Below are positions 39,060 through 55,076 of a stretch of 64,000 nt of DNA, piece after piece. How positions within the stretch are numbered: the first letter of the stretch is position 1; each line of letters starts with the position of its first letter. The position numbers were made by a program, and so were the translations under genes. Where the stretch lies: the NCBI GenBank assembly GCA_951406725.2, contig OX597817.1, forward strand, positions 40,672,001 to 40,736,000, written 5' to 3'. The notes beneath the pieces are model-generated. The model had not been told where the DNA came from, did no database searches, and saw nothing but the letters and a program-made list of their open reading frames with translations. This DNA is from Octopus vulgaris (taxonomy: Eukaryota).

Positions 39060-39450
39060 TTCTGAGAATATGCACTTTCAAGTCTTCTTCAAAATTGCAA
39101 CCGCTTGAAATGAAATGTTAAGAAAGTTCTGTCAAACTATTGTTATTGTATCTGACATCGAATCTGTGCCCATTACACCTTTTGTTAAATTGTTCTGTAG
39201 TGCAACCAACATAAAATAAGTTGTGTTTCATACATTCTGCAACATACACCAAATGGGAATCTTCCCTTGTTCCACCTTCTGTATAAATCATAACATCTCT
39301 GTTATGATTTCTGATGGAATCCACTTCACTCATGTTGTTGTACAATGAACAGGGCTTACCTCTCTTGTGGCTGTTCTTTAAGGTACAGCGTGTAGATACT
39401 CCAATGTTCGTTTTCTTGGAGTCAGATATAGAGGTCAATAATTCTCTTAT
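39060..39450 (-). pseudogene. Penelope-like GIY-YIG endonuclease remnant
   Basis: HLVYVAECMKHNLFYVGCTTEQFNKRCNGHRFD..TELS; bracketed by a 22 bp perfect inverted repeat (39002-39023 / 39461-39482). Confidence 0.75.
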
Positions 39451-39880
39451 ATTCTTATTCTGTATGAGGAGAAATATGTTTGCGGTTTATTAACATCACA
39501 CCCTGGAGGAATGAACAAGATGACAGGAGAATATCATCAAATTTATACAAAACTGTTGATAAAAATATTCTTCTTTCTCTCTTTTTCTTTCCTTATTTTT
39601 CTGTTGTCTTCTTTTTTCTGTTGTCTTCTTTTTTTCTGTTTTTTTCTGTCTTTTTCTTTTCGCCTGTTATAAAATTGTAACGTAAAAACTGATGATGTCA
39701 TTCTATCAATGTGTGGACGCTGGTTGCTCTCGTTCATATTTTGCATTTAAATTTCTGTAATTTTCAATTTTCATCACTTCTTATTTTGAACTTGACAAAG
39801 ACATAAATATCTTAAAATCGAATCGTGCTCTTCATCTTGACTGTTTACCTTTGTGAAGAGTTACGTCAATCCTTTTTAAA

Positions 39881-39883
<3 letters not shown>

Positions 39884-39937
<54 letters not shown>
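39884..39937. repeat. (TAA)n array, 5' flank of the Dong-like element
   Basis: Direct inspection. Confidence 0.95.
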
Positions 39938-42759
<2,822 letters not shown>

Positions 42760-43075
42760 ATGCCCTGATGCAGTACCAGGCAGTGGCTCTCGTGACTTCT
42801 GATCTTAACTGATTGGAAGTTTTATCATGTATGTCCCTTAGTGGCTGACGATATGTGCATTTCTGATCATTAACAGAAGTAGTGGGGGAGCATCATAGCC
42901 ATGTGTTGAGAGGGATTCTTAGGGGTTTGAATAATTCCATTTTGGAAACATGGGTGTTTTGTTCAACATCCTTAAACAACCCTTATTCAGGGACCTTTTG
43001 AGCAGGATGGGCTACTCGACCTGAAGAAAATTCTAACTGGGCCCCACCTGCAAGGTCATGTGCAGTTTATCTTGA
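42760..43075 (+). mobile_element. Non-coding TAA-associated repeat, partial copy
   Basis: Homologous to the reverse complement of 45428-45990; starts directly after (TAA)n. Confidence 0.7.
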
Positions 43076-43577
43076 CAGTAGAACTGAAACTCTGCTATAT
43101 GTAGGCTTAGTCAGTTAGCTCTCTCTGTGCCATGAGGCACATAAGGCCACAACATGATCTCTCCAACCAGCTCTGTTTTCTGTCACTGTTCCAGTCTCAT
43201 TCCAGCCTCTCCTCCCTTCTCGTCTCCTTCCCTTGTGAATGGTCTTTCAGCATGTGATTTTAGGACATTCTGCTACTCTTTTCCCTTCATGCTACCATTT
43301 TAGTGCTGCCATACAATTGTTTTTTTTTTTTCCATTTTATCTGATGATATGTCTGATCCAGTTCTAGCATCTACATCTTATTTCATTATTTAATCCTGTT
43401 GGTGCCTGTTGCTGTCTCAATTATGTTATTTCAGACTTTTTGCAGCCACTTGTCAAGTACTTTCCCTAAGAATGTGAAACGAACACTGTCCATTGTTTTT
43501 TTATTCCATTTTTGCCACTTTCCAGTTTTCACATCCATTGGCAGGGTTAACAAGTCAATATTAGTAAAATTAGTGAA

Positions 43578-43890
43578 GGCGCGTGGCTTAGTGGTTAGGG
43601 CATTCGGCTCATGATTGTAAGGTCATGAGTTCGATTCCCGGTGGTGCGTTGTGTCCTTGAGCAAGACACTTTATTTCACATTACTCCAGTTCACTCAGCT
43701 GGAAAAAATGAGTTGCACCTGTATTTCAAAGGGTTGGCTTTGTCACACTCAGTGTCACACTGATTCTCCCTGAGAACTACGTTAGGGGTACGTGCGTCTG
43801 TGAATTGCTCAGTCACTTGCACATTAATTTCAAATGTTCCTTTGATCGTATCAGCTGGAGCCCTCGTCGTCGTAACTGACGGAGTGCTCC
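43578..43890 (+). mobile_element. tRNA-derived SINE family C
   Basis: ggcgcgtggcttagtggttagggc..gagttcgattccc..gttgtgtccttgagcaagacact. Other copies near 4080, 25105, 26800, 29235, 29633, 32645 and 61420. Confidence 0.85.
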
Positions 43891-43919
43891 TATATTAGTA
43901 GAATAATACTTGTTGTTAA

Positions 43920-44141
43920 CCCTTTTGATACCAAACCGCCTGAAACCGCCTCAGGCTCTGTAGTACAATATCTTGTTTTCAAAAGTTCTGAATTAAAAAT
44001 CTTCCACCAAACCTTAGTCACAATTTATGTTTCTAACACCAGCTGAATGATAACTAAATTGTTTTACTAAATTCTTTGTTATATTTAAAATTAATTGAAA
44101 GAAACACAGAGCATCTCAACAGAAATATGGTAACAAAAGGG
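43920..44141. mobile_element. piggyBac-like MITE
   Basis: TTAA|cccttttgatacca ... tggtaacaaaaggg|TTAA (13/14 TIR match). Confidence 0.85.
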
Positions 44142-44347
44142 TTAAGGTGCATATAGATTTATACCAATGGGGATAATTCTGGGGATGTAGATAACTGGTT
44201 ACAGAATCAAAAGAAAAAATGAAAGTACTTTTTTTTTTACAATTCAGTAGACAAATATTACACTTCTATCTTTCCAGTATTCTTAAATAAGGCATTAATT
44301 TTTTCTTAGAAAATTATGAATGTTAGTAACAATGAAGTAGCTATTAC

Positions 44348-44445
44348 ATTAATCCCTCGACTATCACGGGTGTTACATTCCAAAACCCCCCATGATTGGT
44401 GAGAATCTGCAAAGTAGAAACAGTACTGTACTGTATATTTTAAAA
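44348..44445 (+). mobile_element. Possible pogo/Tigger-like transposon end
   Basis: ta|cattaatccctcgactatcacgggtgttacattcc resembles Tigger-type termini; only one end seen. Confidence 0.4.
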
Positions 44446-44470
44446 TTATTTTTATAATTTGTATATATTT

Positions 44471-44835
44471 CATCATCATCATCATCATCGTTTAACATCC
44501 GCTTTCCATGCTAGCATGGGTTGGACGATTTGACTGAGGTCTGGCGAAACAGATGGCTGCACCAGGCTCCAATCTGGCAGAGTTTCTACAGCTGGATGCC
44601 CTTCCTAATGCCAACCACTCTGGGCATGTAGTGGGTGCTTTTATGTGCTACCAGCACGAAGGCCAGTCAGGCAGTACTGGCAACGGCCATGCTCAAGTGG
44701 TGTTTTTTACGTGCCACCTGCACAGGAGCCAGTCCAGTGGCACTGGCAATGACCTCGCTCGAATGTTTTTCACATGCCACTAGCACAAGTGCCAGCAAGG
44801 CAACGCTGGTAATAATTATGCTTGAATGGTGCTTC
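44471..44835 (-). mobile_element. RTE 3' UTR fragment
   Basis: Family 3' UTR. Confidence 0.85.
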
Positions 44836-45427
44836 ATTTTATTATAAATGCAAAACAACACCAAAGAAGAAACATTAGAATCATTAGCTAGCAGAACCAT
44901 TAGCACACCAGGCAAGATGCTTAGAAGCCTTTCATCTGTCTTTGCATTCTAGGTTCAAATTCTGCAAAAGTTAACTTTGCCTTTCATCCTTTCAGGATCG
45001 ATAAAATAAGTACCTGTTGAACTTTGGGGTCGATGTAGTCAACTTAACACCACTCCTGAACTTGCTGGCCTTGTGCCAAAATTTGAAACCAATATTGTAA
45101 TTTTGATAATTATATTTGATACCATTTTTGTTGTGGTTATTATTATTATTATAGTTTAAAGTTATATCATTACTTTTATTATTAATAATAGCAGTTAGAC
45201 AGTGCATAGGCAGAATCATCAGTATGTTGGATGAAATGCATAGTGGTATTTCAGTCATCACTACGTTCTGAGTTCAAATTCCACCTAGGTTGACTTTGCC
45301 TTTCATCCTTTAGAGATTGATAAAATAATTACTAGCTAAGTACTAGGGTCAATGTAATTGACTAGACCCCTCCCTGCAAATTTCAGGCCTTGTGCCTTTG
45401 TTAGAAAGGATTATTAATAGCAGTATT

Positions 45428-45990
45428 GTTGAGTGAGAGAGCAGCGCATGCCATCAAAATGACACTGGGGTACAAATATATGAAGCCCAATATACCCGTC
45501 ATGACTACCTGTCTGATTAAGGGTACACCAGGCACATGCATCATAACCATATGTGTATGACATGGTGATCTCATATCAAAATAAACAGTGCATGATCTTG
45601 CAGGTAGAGCCCAGTTAGAAATTTCTTCAGGTTGAGTAGCCAATCCTGTTTAAAAGGTCCCTGAATAAGAGTTGCTTAAGAATGTTGAATGAAACACCCA
45701 TGTTCCCAAAGGTGAATTATTCGAACCCCAAAGATTTCCTCTCAGCTCATGGCTATGATACTCCCCAACTACTTCTGCTCATGATCAAAGATGCAATCAT
45801 CATCAGCCACCAAGGGTGGTTAAAGTCAAACTGTTTAAGGTCAAGCAACTGACAAGTAAATCTGTGGTATTGAGCAAAATATTTGCTGTAGCCCATCTTT
45901 TACACCAAGACAAAACATGTATGTGATAAAACTTCCAATCAGTTAAGATAAGAAGTCATGAGAGCCACTGCCTGGTATTGCATCAGAGTA
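45428..45990 (-). mobile_element. Non-coding TAA-associated repeat, longer copy
   Basis: Minus strand ctgatgcaataccaggcagtggctctc ... gctgctctctcactcaa, between degenerate TAA runs. Confidence 0.7.
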
Positions 45991-46041
45991 GCAGTATTAT
46001 TATTATGGTTGTTGTTGTTGTTATTATTATTATTATTATTA

Positions 46042-46295
46042 TCCCTTTGTAACACAGTGTAGGTAAAAATGCACTGGAGTCTTTAGTCATCTGTCAAGTC
46101 ACAACAAGGACTTCAGAAAGATGATACTTTCCTTAAGATGTGTCCTGTGCCCAATAAAGCTGCTTTTTGCAAGACATCAATCTTGCATGGGATTTCCAGT
46201 TGCCTTAAGAAGTCTTGAAGCTTCAATGGGATCGAGCCCAACACTCCGATAACCACTGGTATCACTTATCCATTACCTTCTTGCATTCCATACAC

Positions 46296-46296
<1 letters not shown>
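46042..46296 (-). mobile_element. 3' fragment of a second Dong/R4 subfamily within (TAA)n
   Basis: VIPVVIGVLGSIP..LQKAALLGTGHILRKV*; TAA repeats on both sides. Confidence 0.8.
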
Positions 46297-46352
<56 letters not shown>

Positions 46353-46849
46353 CATTATTATTATTATTAAAGCGGTGAGCTACCAGAATTGTTAGCGCAC
46401 TAGACAAAATGTTTAACCGTATTTCGCCCATCACTACATTCTGAGTTCAAATTCCACTAAGGTCAACTTTGCCTTTCATCCTTTCAAGATCGATAAAATA
46501 AGTACCAGTGAAACACTGGGGTTAGTGTAATCGACTAGTCCCCTCCCACCAAATTCCAGACCTTGTACCTTTAGTAGAAAGGATTATTATTATTATTAAA
46601 GTGGTGAGCTGACAGAATCATTAGCACATTGGGCAAAAGGCTTAGTGGCATTTCATCTGTCTTTATCTTCTGAGTTCAAATTCTGCTGAGGTCAATTTTG
46701 CCTTTCATCCTTTCTGCTTTGATAAGTACCAGTTGAGCACTAGGAGCATTGTAATTAACTTACCCCACCCCTGAAATTGCTGGCCTCATGCCAAAATTGG
46801 AAATCATCATCATATTTTTATTATGATAGTATCATCATAACAGATAGGT

Positions 46850-47172
46850 GCAATGTTACATCTCTGGCTAACTACATATGGTATTTAAAAGAAGGAAGAA
46901 TGCCATACAGAATTAAATGGAAGCTTCTGGAATACCCTGGAACCCCTCAATGGGAGCAGATGATGCAAGCTTTGCTTAGCCAAGTGGGCAAGGATCCCAA
47001 ACACTTCACTTGATCCAGGGGCCTTTTTAAATTTCAAAAGTTACATGTTTAGTTGGTGTCCTCATGAGTGAAAATTCATGTTCACAACATGGACTTTCCC
47101 ACTTGCTGAGAAGTGAACAGAAATTGTAAATAAACTGATCCTTTTCGGACACAACTGGAACTGTTCAAAGTG
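46850..47172 (+). pseudogene. Degenerate Penelope-like C-terminal remnant with hammerhead relic
   Basis: TSLANYIWYLKEGRMPYRIKWKLLE..LNFKSYMFSWCPHE; then cactt-g-CTGAGAA-g-tgaacag..ctgttca-aagtg (47100-47172), lacking the GAAA segment. Confidence 0.55.
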
Positions 47173-50100
47173 AGATAACTCCATCTCACCCAGAAGTGGT
47201 TTCCACTTTTAAGAATTTTATTTCAGATGTCTTTTTCACAACCTTGCTGACCAAGACTGTATTCTTACCTCATTAGTAAAGAGGTTATGTGCCTCCATCC
47301 AGCAGGTCTCATGGGTTGCCTTTATTACTAAGAGCAATAATATACCAATGGTAATTTTGTGACCAGCCATAATCAAAGGCTTTATAAAATTTATTTCAGT
47401 CTCCACAATCATTATAGTCTTGGTCATATTTGAGTCATTGATTCTGGTTGCCAAGACTCATTATGATTATAGTTGTCTTGGTTGTCAAGATGGATGTTGT
47501 CATGGTTGTGTCTGTCACGGTTTGTGTTGTTGTGATCATTGTGGCAGTGTCTGCTATAGACATAATGAATGTGATTACAATCATAGTCAGTAGGTCATTA
47601 CAAAAAGTGGCATGATTTGGGCAGGTTGTGGGTTGTGGTGCCTTATCAATGAGAACTTTAGAAGAATTAACATGCCTGCTATGGGTAGCTCTGCAACCAA
47701 ATAATGAAAACCATACATTTGTGTAACATACCCAAACCATCATATCTTTACTTCATTGTTACCTGTACTAATTCGCCACACACTTTCATTAGTTTGCTTG
47801 TGCTCAATAATTCTTTCAAGTTAAAATTGTACACACACACACACATACACATACATATTATATCTGGAAAGCACTACTCAACTTATTCTTATTAAGTGTT
47901 TCAACTATCACAACCTAAATATGACAACCATTACTACCCCCATCCTCAAATACAGTTCCTTCAGTTATTCTCTCCACTGCTATCCTCTCACACCACTAAA
48001 TCAATCCAGCATGCAGTGAGAGAAGTTGCTGTCTTTTGTCTTGCACATTACAAAACAACCCCACCAATACTGGTGCTACAAAAGGCACACAGTACACTCT
48101 ACAAATGGTTCATAAAGAACTGAGTAGAGACAGTGCAAGATTTCAGCGCGGTTTTTAGTCTTGTCGACTGCATGTCGGTCTCTTTAATGGTGATGCCATG
48201 AAAAATAACACATATTACACTCTGTAAAGTTGTTGCACTTAGGAAAGTTATCCAGCCATAGAAGCCATGCCAAAAGTGAGATATTGGAGTATGATATGGT
48301 CCTCTGGTTTGTTGGAGCCTGTCTAATAGTCTAAACTGTTCCATAATGGAAAACAGATGTAAAATGATGATGAGGATGATGATAATGATGATGATGACAA
48401 TAATGCTGACAAAACAATTTAAACAACAATAATCATAGTGGTAACAAACATTATTGCATCTCCCTTCTATGAAATGCCTCACAAAGTCTGTACTTGGCTT
48501 TTAAGAAGAGAGAATTTTGTTTCCAATGAAGTTAGAAGTTTCACAAGATTTCCCTCCCATCCTCAGATCTGAGACATAATGCTATCAATTGACCTCCCCC
48601 ACCCCCTTCTGTGTAGCATATATATATCAGCTAAATAACCAAACCTGTCTTTCCAAGTTGTCACTCGGTCACTCAATAGCCCTTCATATACTTTTATCAT
48701 ATCATATGCCTGCTCATGTTGGTAGCTATTCCAGTCCAGCTATTGCACCTTAAGTTAGGATTCCAACAGAGAGTTTGTGAACTCACTATTTCCATTGGAT
48801 ACATAATGCTATTGTTTTCCTTTATACTGCATAAGGCTTTCAAAGAACTTTTTCTATTGGCCATCTGTGGTTCCTGTTACAAATAACTTATGCACACACA
48901 CACACACGCACGCGCGCATATATATACTCTTTACTCTCTTTTACTTGTTTCAGTCATGTGACTGTGGCCATGCTGGAGCACCACCTTTAGTCGAGCAAAT
49001 CGACCCCAGGACTTATTCTTTGTAAGCTTAGTACTTATTCTATCGGTCACTTTTGCCAAACCGCTAAGTTACAGGGACGAAATACACCAGCATCGGTTGT
49101 CAAGCAACTAATTGCAGCTTGACCTGGAATGGCTCCCTGATATCTGAGCTATGCACCCTGTTGAGTAATGTTGCTAGGGAGATCCTTCAGAATAACCTTA
49201 TTTCAGCCACTTGTCCCTTTCAAAATGAGACATGGGAGGTTTTGTGTTAGTATCTGCAAATGACACTACAGTTAAAGTGTCAGACACAACACAAATGAGG
49301 CTGGTTGACACAGTTCTAGAAGAATATGAGATAATAGCAGATGGTACAGATTAACTCATGCAAGTCAGTGGGATTGTAGCTTAACACCTGGTGAGACAAG
49401 TCCATGCCAATCAGACAGCATCATGGAGTGTTAGATTGAAAGACTGGTTAAACTGTTCAGGATATGGATCATTCTGGACTGCTAGGCAGATGGAAACTGA
49501 GATGTGGTCACAAGCAAGGTAGCTAGTTTGACCCAGAAATGGGCTGAGAGGATGCTATCCTTGAAAAGACAGCAGAGATGGCAAACATTTATCAATACAT
49601 TGTTTCTGTCATAATTTACCAATCGATCATCATGACTTGCCCCAGTTTTTATCTGCTTCTTGTAGAAGGGATGTGTTCCACTAGTCAGACAATCCATCTG
49701 CTGTCAATATTCTCAGTCCCAAGGTGCTCAATATACCATGGCTGGTATTGCACAGATATATGGAGAGAGGGAAAAAACTACCTTGCTTGGCAACAGGTGG
49801 GGGTTGGCATCAGGAAGGGCATCCAGCTGTAGAAAGCTTGCCACACACTTAGCGCTGTACATATGTACATACATTTTTGTAGACACAGGCATGGCTGTGT
49901 GGTTAGGGAGCTTGCTTCCTAGCTACATGGCTTCGGGTTCAGTCCCACTGTGTAGCCCTTTGGGCAAGTGTCTTCTATTAATTCCCCGGACCGACTGATG
50001 CTTTGTGGTTGAATTTGGTAGGCAGAAGTTACTGCCATGTGTGTATATGTGTGTAGGTGCTTGTGCCTCTCTGAGAGAGAGAGAGAGGGAATATGTTGGG

Positions 50101-50596
50101 GTTGCAATTTCTACAAAAATTCCCAGATGGTGAGTAGATATAGTCTCCATTTGTAAGGCATATCTTTCTGTAGCTCATCTCTTCAGTGAAGTTGATGTTC
50201 TGAGTGAAGCATATACTATGTCTGAGCATATGTGGAATGTTGTGAGATGTTTACCCCTCCTTGCCATGCAATACAGTCAGTGGAGGTTCCATGTTAGTAA
50301 TTCATAGGGGATTAGTGACAGGGAAGAAAAGCAATGTTCTCAGGGAGGGTTCTGAATAACAACAAGGATGAACTGACTTGTCTGTTCTAGAGAACTTTAG
50401 GCCAAGGACTACAAAGACTTCCATAAATCCTTGGCCTGCTAGCGCTACTGAATGGTACTACCGATTCAAGATAAACTCTACAGGCATACAAGTGCCATCA
50501 GCTAGGAGCGTCTTGAATACATGCAAAGCAATGATATCATTTGGCATACAATTTAGTATCTATGCATTACCAACTTGTGGAGTTATATCAAACAGT

Positions 50597-51009
50597 TATA
50601 GTGATGCTACTGTGTAGGGTTCAGCGCACATGCGCAGAATGGGACTACTTTCGGGTGGCCACCGGAAGTCTTCCCCATGCGCATGTGCGGGAAACGATCC
50701 CTAAGGCCCGCTAAACTCGATTCATTCTCTCTGGCTGTCAGCCAACGTGAACAGATGTGCATTTGGTAGACTCTGATAACCTCACCGACTTAGCCGCCAA
50801 CGACATCGAACCACTTCAACCAACGAACAAGAAGCTGTACATCAGAAGGCTGTCATTTTCCAATCAGATATACGTACACCATCGCAATTAATAAACAAAC
50901 TGCTGTCTTTCACCGATAACCTGACTTCGTCTGTTATGTCTTACTAAATTGTATGTGACGGGATCGGATCGACACCCTTTCAGTGATACCGATACCAGAT
51001 CCTGTTACA
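50597..51009 (+). repeat. 5' LTR (413 bp; terminal TG mutated to TA)
   Basis: TATAGTG...TGTTACA; about 10-11 differences from the 3' LTR. Confidence 0.95.
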
Positions 51010-51011
51010 AT

Positions 51012-51021
51012 TGGTGACCCC
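51012..51021 (+). promoter_or_regulatory. Primer binding site, likely tRNA-Trp
   Basis: TGGTGACCCC 2 nt after the LTR, complementary to the GGGGUCACCA 3' end of tRNA-Trp. Confidence 0.75.
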
Positions 51022-51392
51022 AAGTTGAAAAAAAAAAAGAACAGAAGACGCAGCGAACAGGTTTTGCCAGATAGAGCACTGAACACTCAATTTTCATTTT
51101 TTCTTTTCCTTTCAGGACGGTGAGGTGGGTACAAACAAAAGCTTATTCATCGCACTCAGTACACTAAAAAAGAAAAAAAAGAAAACACACACACATTATT
51201 TTTTTTCTTTTCTGTACCTTGTTTTCCTTTGTGCACACACACACTTATTTTTTACTAGCCACGAGGTGCACTCATACACACACCAGTACACAAAACACCA
51301 TTTTGATTTGCTTTGTCGGTTCCACGTGTTCTCTCTCCATTTCTCGTTCATACCTTCTGCCCCTCCTGACAGACGATCCTTCCGACAAAAAC

Positions 51393-51725
51393 ATGGCTGC
51401 ATCAAGTTTGCCTCATTCACAAATATTTGAATTTTCGCGACCATCTCCATCGCGGGGCCTGTACGCATGTACAGAGCCCCCTCCAACACCTCCGACGAAC
51501 AATAAACTAGCCGAGAAGATCGATGCGCTTACGCAGCAAATCGATGATCTGTGCCGTGTGATCGGGCGCCGACCTCGCAGTCGTAGTCGTAGTCGCAGTG
51601 GCTCTATTTCCCGTAGTCGGAGTGACTCTGTTTCTCGTTCCGGCTGGTGCTGGTACCATTCAAAGTATGCCGAAAAGGCAGATCGGTGTACCCAGCCGTG
51701 CACTTTCCAGCCCTCGGAAAACTAA
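51393..51725 (+). pseudogene. gag: Short gag (110 aa), probably internally deleted
   Basis: Coiled segment, RS-rich tract and CWYHxxYxxxAxxCxxPC nucleocapsid-like end. Confidence 0.8.
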
Positions 51726-54700
51726 ATCCGGAGGAGGTGAGCACGTCACCTTCTTCCATCTCGTTTCCCAAAAATCGTGCGTTCTTTGTAAAAGATCTGG
51801 TGTCGAAGAAATTCTTCATGGTGGACACCGGCTCTTGATGCAGCATCTGGCCCTTTCGTCTGGCTGCAGACAAGCCCAAGCGCTCTTCAATTGTCTTGCA
51901 TGCCATTGACTCGTCTCCCATAACAACCTTCGGTCAGATTTCGCTGCGCCTCGACATCAACCTTCGTCGAGATTTTCAATGGGTTTTCGTCATCGCTGAC
52001 ATCCCGCATCCTATTCTCGGCGCTGATTTCTTGGATAGGTTTAATCTATCTATTGGATAGGTTTAATCAGGCGTCGGAGGCTTCTTGATAGCACAACGTC
52101 GCTCTCTACACCGACTGGGAGTTCCACCAATGCGGTCCTTAGCCCGACATTCTTTGTTGTCACCTCTGGAGACCCTTTTCACTCTCTTTTGGTTTCATTT
52201 CCGGAGCTAGTGGACATTGCCTTTCAACCGGAAAAGCCTACCCACTCGACCCTCTATTTTATCACCACCACTGGGCCGCCTGTATTTTCGCGCCCACGGC
52301 GCCTTGCGCCTGATCAACTAAAAACGGCTAGGGCCGAGTTTGAGCACATGCTTCAACTTGGCCTTATACGCCCCTCCACCAGCCCTTGGGCGTCTCCCCT
52401 TCATTTGGCGCGAAAGGGCGAGTCTGATTTTCGCCCGGTTGGAGACTATCGACGCCTCAATGCCGTAACAATAGCCGACAGATATCCGATCAGAATTCTA
52501 CAGGACTTTACGGCAAATCTCCATGGTTGTACCATTTTTTCGAAGGTCGACCTTATACGCGCGTACCATCAAATACCGGTCAGCCCAGCCGACGTTCCGA
52601 AAACTGCGATCACTACACCCTTTGGGTGTTTTGAGTTTTTGTATATGAGTTTCGGTTTGCGGAATGCTACTAGCACTTTCCAGCGTTTCATTGATGAGGT
52701 TGTCCGCGGTCTTGATTTTGTGTTTGCCTATGTCGATGATATACTCATTGCGAGCGACACACGTGAAAATCATCTCCAGCACCTTTCTCAGCTTTTTCAG
52801 CGTCTTCGCGCTTATAGTATACGTATAAATCCCGACAAGTGTGTTTTCGGACGCTCTTCCCTAGAGTTTCTAGGCCATCATATTGATTCGAGTGGAATCA
52901 GCCCTCTCTCGTCAAAAGTCGAGGCCATTCAACGCATCGCACCCCCACTTCCTTGCGCCAGCTCAGGCATTATCTAGGGATGATCAATTTCTACAGACGT
53001 TTTATTCCCGGTTGTGCAGATAAGCTACTACCTCTCACCAGTCTATTAAAGGACACTCCTAGAAAGGACGGTCAAGTCACCCTCTCTGTTGAGGCAGTGA
53101 CAGCCTTTGAGTCCATTAAGAAGGAGCTGGCTTCTGTTTCTTTGCTTGCACATCCAGTTCCTGGTGCTTCTCTCTCTTTGACTGTAGACGCATCGGACAC
53201 TGCGATTGGCGCTGTGTTACAACACACAGTGGATGATCATATTCGACCTCTGGCTTTCTTTTCCCGTCAACTGCAACCAGCTGAACGACGATACAGCACC
53301 TTTGATCGTGAGCTCCTAGCGATCTATCTATCGGTTCGTCATTTCCAGCATCAACTTGAAGGGCGAGATTTTGTGTTCTATACGGATCACAAGCCCCTTA
53401 CGTTTGCCCTGTGTTCAAAAACGGACAAACTCTCACCTCGTGCTTTCCGGCACCTGGATTTTATCTCTCAATTCACTAGTAACATTCGACACATACCTGG
53501 AAAAGAGAACGTTCCTGCTGACGCTCTCTCTCGCCTTCCAGTCTGCGCCCTTTCGTCTCCTGGTGCTATCGACTTAGCCGCCATCTCGCAGGAGCAGCCA
53601 CCTTTGGCGTCGTTAGACTTAACTTCTCCCAAGTTCTCCTGTTGCCAGTTTTCCTACCTTCCGCTTCCGTCAGCCGAAGGCACCATTCTTTGTGGTACTT
53701 CCACTGCTTCTCCCAGGCCACTCGTGCCTGAGAACCATCAACGCTCAGTGTTTGAAGCACTGCACTCCTTATCACATCCTGGCATCGCTGCCACCCCTAA
53801 ACTAATCACTGCTCGGTTTTTCTGGCCGAATATGCGTTGCACTATTACTTCTTGGACACGCACCTGCTCCAAGTGTCAACGGTCCAAGATTCAACGACGG
53901 CACGTTCGTGCCCCGCTTGGACAATTTTCCCCCACGGAGGCCCGTTTTCGCCATGTCCACATCGATCTGGTTGGACCATGGCCTGTGAGTCGCGGGTTCT
54001 CTTATCTGTTAACTTGTGTCGATCGTTTCTCCCGCTGGCCAGAAGCCATTCCGATAGCAGACATTTGTGCTGAGACTGTTGCGTGAGTTTTCGTTTCAAA
54101 CTGGATTTCTCGCTTCGGAGTCCCGTCCCGATTGACTACTGATCGTGGACGTCAGTTTGAAGCCTCGCTATTTCGCGATTTGTCGCGCATTTTAGGTGTG
54201 CACCATATCCACACTACTAGCTACCATCCAGCGTCTAATGGATTAGTTGAGCGGTTCCATAGACAGCTCAAGGCCGCTCTTCGTGCCTCTTCAGATCCAC
54301 AGTCTTGGATTGAATTTCTGCCCATTGTGCTCCTCGGTTGTCGGACTGCTGTCAAGGCAGACCCGGGGTTTTCTGCTGCAGAGCTGCTGTATGGTACCAC
54401 ACTGGCATTGCCTGGTACGATGTTGGTGCCAGACACTTCCCAGCCCCATGATCCGGCGACCTATGTCACCAGACTGCGTGCATATTTTTCGAACCTTCCA
54501 CCCATGGTTCCCAGGAAGCAATCTCCACCATCCCATCTCCCACCGGATATGGACACTTGGTTGCATGTTTTTGTTCGGGACGACTCTGTGAAGGGGCCAC
54601 TTGTTTCTCCCTATAAAGGACCTTTCCGTGTGCTTTCTCGCACACCAAAGGTTTTCACGATTGAGATAAATGGTCATTCGGAGACCGTTTCCGTGGACCG

Positions 54701-54944
54701 ATTAAAGAAAGCACATTTTGAGACGTCTTCATCTTTTGATGACAACCTTGCCACACCCACCTATGCACCTATAACAACACCTTCACCTGCACAAACACCT
54801 TCACCTGCACAGACGCCTTTGCCTTCACCGGCTCCTACAACACCATCCTCGCCGTCAACGGGTGCCCCGAGCACACCGTATGTTACAAGATCGGGCAGAA
54901 CAGTGCATTGGCCCAAGAAACTTTCAAAGACAATCTATATTTAA
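51716..54944 (+). pseudogene. pol: pol (protease, RT, RNase H, integrase) with stops and frameshifts
   Basis: VDTGS then TGA at 51836; SPWASP, DYRRLN, YVDDILI; frameshift near 52950; VDASD, YSTFDRELL, HHCC zinc finger, HIDLVGP; TGA at 54084; [25 protein letters not shown]. Confidence 0.95.
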
Positions 54945-55060
54945 CTTTCTTTCAAATTTCTTGTTTTGTATTATATTATGTACCAAATCTTCTCGGGGAT
55001 CGGCAAGCCATCTGTTTTTCTGCTGCACCACCACAAATTTTCTTGGTGTCGTACTTTCGC

Positions 55061-55076
55061 ACTCGAGGGGGAGCCT
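55061..55076 (+). promoter_or_regulatory. Polypurine tract
   Basis: actcgagggggagcct immediately before the 3' LTR. Confidence 0.8.

Noticed and set aside
48500-50596. Possible old LINE hosting the Gypsy insertion (continuing 55495-56100)
   Set aside because: Coding-like composition, but no motif I can identify with confidence.
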